From positions 51,089,095 through 51,153,094 of the forward strand of contig NC_090403.1 of NCBI RefSeq assembly GCF_036365525.1: a DNA stretch of 64,000 nt, read 5' to 3'. Shown one piece after another: positions 61,993 to 64,000 of the stretch. Position numbers and translations under genes: made by a program. A model generated the notes under the pieces. The model saw nothing but the letters and a program-made list of their open reading frames with translations, was not told where the DNA came from and did no database searches. Numbering within the stretch: position 1 is the first letter of the stretch; each line of letters begins with the position of its first letter. This DNA comes from Heterodontus francisci. Its lineage: Eukaryota.

Positions 61993-63933
61993 GTAAGTGG
62001 GTCTTCCTATTGTATTCATCTCAGTTAGTCCTTTTATCCCTTGCCTCTTCAAATTTACAGCTGGCCGTTCAATGTCTTTGCTTCAGGCACTTGGGTCAGA
62101 GAGATGATTTTTTAGGTAATTCTCTCCACAGGTAAATAATGAGAAGCACCTGAGAAATGAGAAGCACTAATGTAGGAGCTGTTCCCTTTTACTCAAGCTG
62201 ATTATAACCCGTATAAAATACATCCAACCTTTTAATTGACGAATGTGACTGAACCATGATAATGATTCATCCTTGTAGTGGAAGGAGGAACTTTCTTCAT
62301 TGTTCCCTGCCGTCTCTTCAGGATCTCAGATCCTGGGTTGTGCATCTTCTCCACTCTACTCTTGCACCCCTGCTCTTCTTATCACAATATCTTTAGCTTT
62401 AGACTGGTCAAATCCCTTTCACCACTTCCAAGGCAATTGTCATTTCCAACCTGCTCACATGGAGCTGACTGCAGACCATTGTCTCATTACAGCTTTGAAG
62501 CTGTTTGACTAATGTGCAGCATCTGCAGCTGTATCCCGATGAGGACCCTTTTAGACAATGCCTTGGGTTTACGATTATCGTGGTTCATTCTGTTTTCTGC
62601 ATTCTCAGTGAGGACTTTTATGATCACCCGAGGAGAGGCCAGCAGAATCTGTTGGCCTTTCCACTGAACAAATCTGTATTCATTTCTCTGCTGATCTAGA
62701 TTTTATTTCCTGATTCCTTTATCTGTTAATTCAAAACAGTGATTGTACATGAGCACTTTGCGTATCCACAATTAAATTGAGCCATTCCATTTCTCAATTT
62801 GCAAGAGGTAAGAGACAAAAGGAATAGCAGAGAATGCTGTAAGTCAGAATTGCTGGAAATACGTGCTTCCCTGAGCATCTGCAAGAAAAAGACTGCTCAA
62901 AATTTGAGGGAGGACCTCTTTGTCAGATCTCAGTTCTGACCCCTTTGAAACACCAAATTATCTTTCTCTTTCAGATGCCAATGGATCTGCTGTGCATTTT
63001 CTGATTTTTAATTTTAAAATTGCAACTGAGTGTTTTGAATGAACGTGAGCATGCCAGAAATTGGGAAAAATCACGAGTGGTTATTCTCACTAAATTTCCA
63101 AAACCCTCAACATATTTGCATTCACATTTTGTGTTGTAAGGAGTGAAAAATGAGCTCTTGCTTTGTATTGAGAACAGTTCTCTGAAGCGCTGCAAGATAT
63201 GACACTTTCCTGTGTTTTATTTTTATTTTTACTTCTTCCTGCTTTTATTTTCTCACCGCTCCCCTCCAGAAAGCACTGAACTGTACTATGATGTGTTTCC
63301 ACTGCCTCCAGCTGCCTTCCTGCATCTTCCACAAGTGCCATTCTTTGGATGTGGATGGAGATGGGGAAAGTAGGCAGGCTGCTGTGTCAGAGCTGAACTT
63401 AATCCTCTCCTCACCTGACGCTCACTTATCCTCACAGCCTAACTGGATGGCAATCAGGAGGGGGAAATCACAGCACACGGCAGCAGTTGAATCTGAGACA
63501 TTTCTGGCCTTTATGGCTGAGTTCCGTATGAGGTTGTGTATTTAGTGGCTGAGCAATCGGGGGTTTGTTCTGTTAAATAAAATATAATTTTTTTCTCATT
63601 TTATTTAGTAAATCTACTGCATAGGGGATCTTTTACAGTACGTATTTAGAATAGGATAAAGGATTGTTTTCACACAAACCCTAAACAAGAAGTGTTATAA
63701 CTACCTCAAACCTACAAGCTTGAATTTGAACTGTTGAGATCATAGAGGACAGAAGGAGGCCCAAAATGCCTGTGGCTTTGAATGAGCTCTCCCAATTAAT
63801 CTCACTCCCCTAACTCTTTTGCAATAGCCCTGCGAATGCTCCCTTGCCTAATTTATTGAACACCTTAAACTTACTGAAGAAATTTGTTGTACTGAAACAG
63901 AAATAAGTTTACGACTGGTCTTTTTTTTTAAAG

Positions 63934-64000
63934 CTGCAAAAGAATCTAGATAAAACAGAAAAAAAGAAAAAGGACAAGAAGAAGAAGCACAAGAAACATC
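63934..64000 (+). CDS. CWC25: CWC25 exon 5 (partial, runs off window)
   Basis: tttttttttaaAG | LQKNLDKTEKKKKDKKKKHKKH; human LQMSLEKKEKKKKKEKKKKHKKH. Confidence 0.88.
   Translation, partial: MQKNLDKTEKKKKDKKKKHKKH

Overview
Eukaryotic (vertebrate) genomic DNA, almost certainly from a shark or ray judging by its repeat families (HE1-like V-SINE, SacSINE1-like DeuSINEs, abundant CR1). It holds the block corresponding to human 17q12. LASP1 exon 1 (- strand) is head-to-head with a complete 5-exon RPL23 (+) hosting two SNORA21-like H/ACA snoRNAs. Then come a complete 3-exon C17orf98/SPMAP1 (+) and the first five exons of CWC25 (+, running off the window). Most remaining sequence is nested transposons: CR1, L2/CR1-group, RTE-BovB, Tx1, Penelope, hAT MITEs, SINEs and solo LTRs. 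Two things stand out. (1) A recently inserted 6.46-kb ERV at 43615-50078 (- strand) has ~99% identical LTRs, a GCAT TSD and a tRNA-Gln PBS. Its decayed interior looks chimeric, in the order gag-MA / RT / F-protein-like env / integrase fragment / second env-like tail. (2) A dispersed family of Penelope-derived short elements carries a minimal type I hammerhead ribozyme, often as inverted pairs; one intact copy lies ~360 bp upstream of the RPL23 start site. A 1.2-kb G-rich minisatellite sits just inside CWC25 intron 1. All calls were read by eye; no database searches were run.
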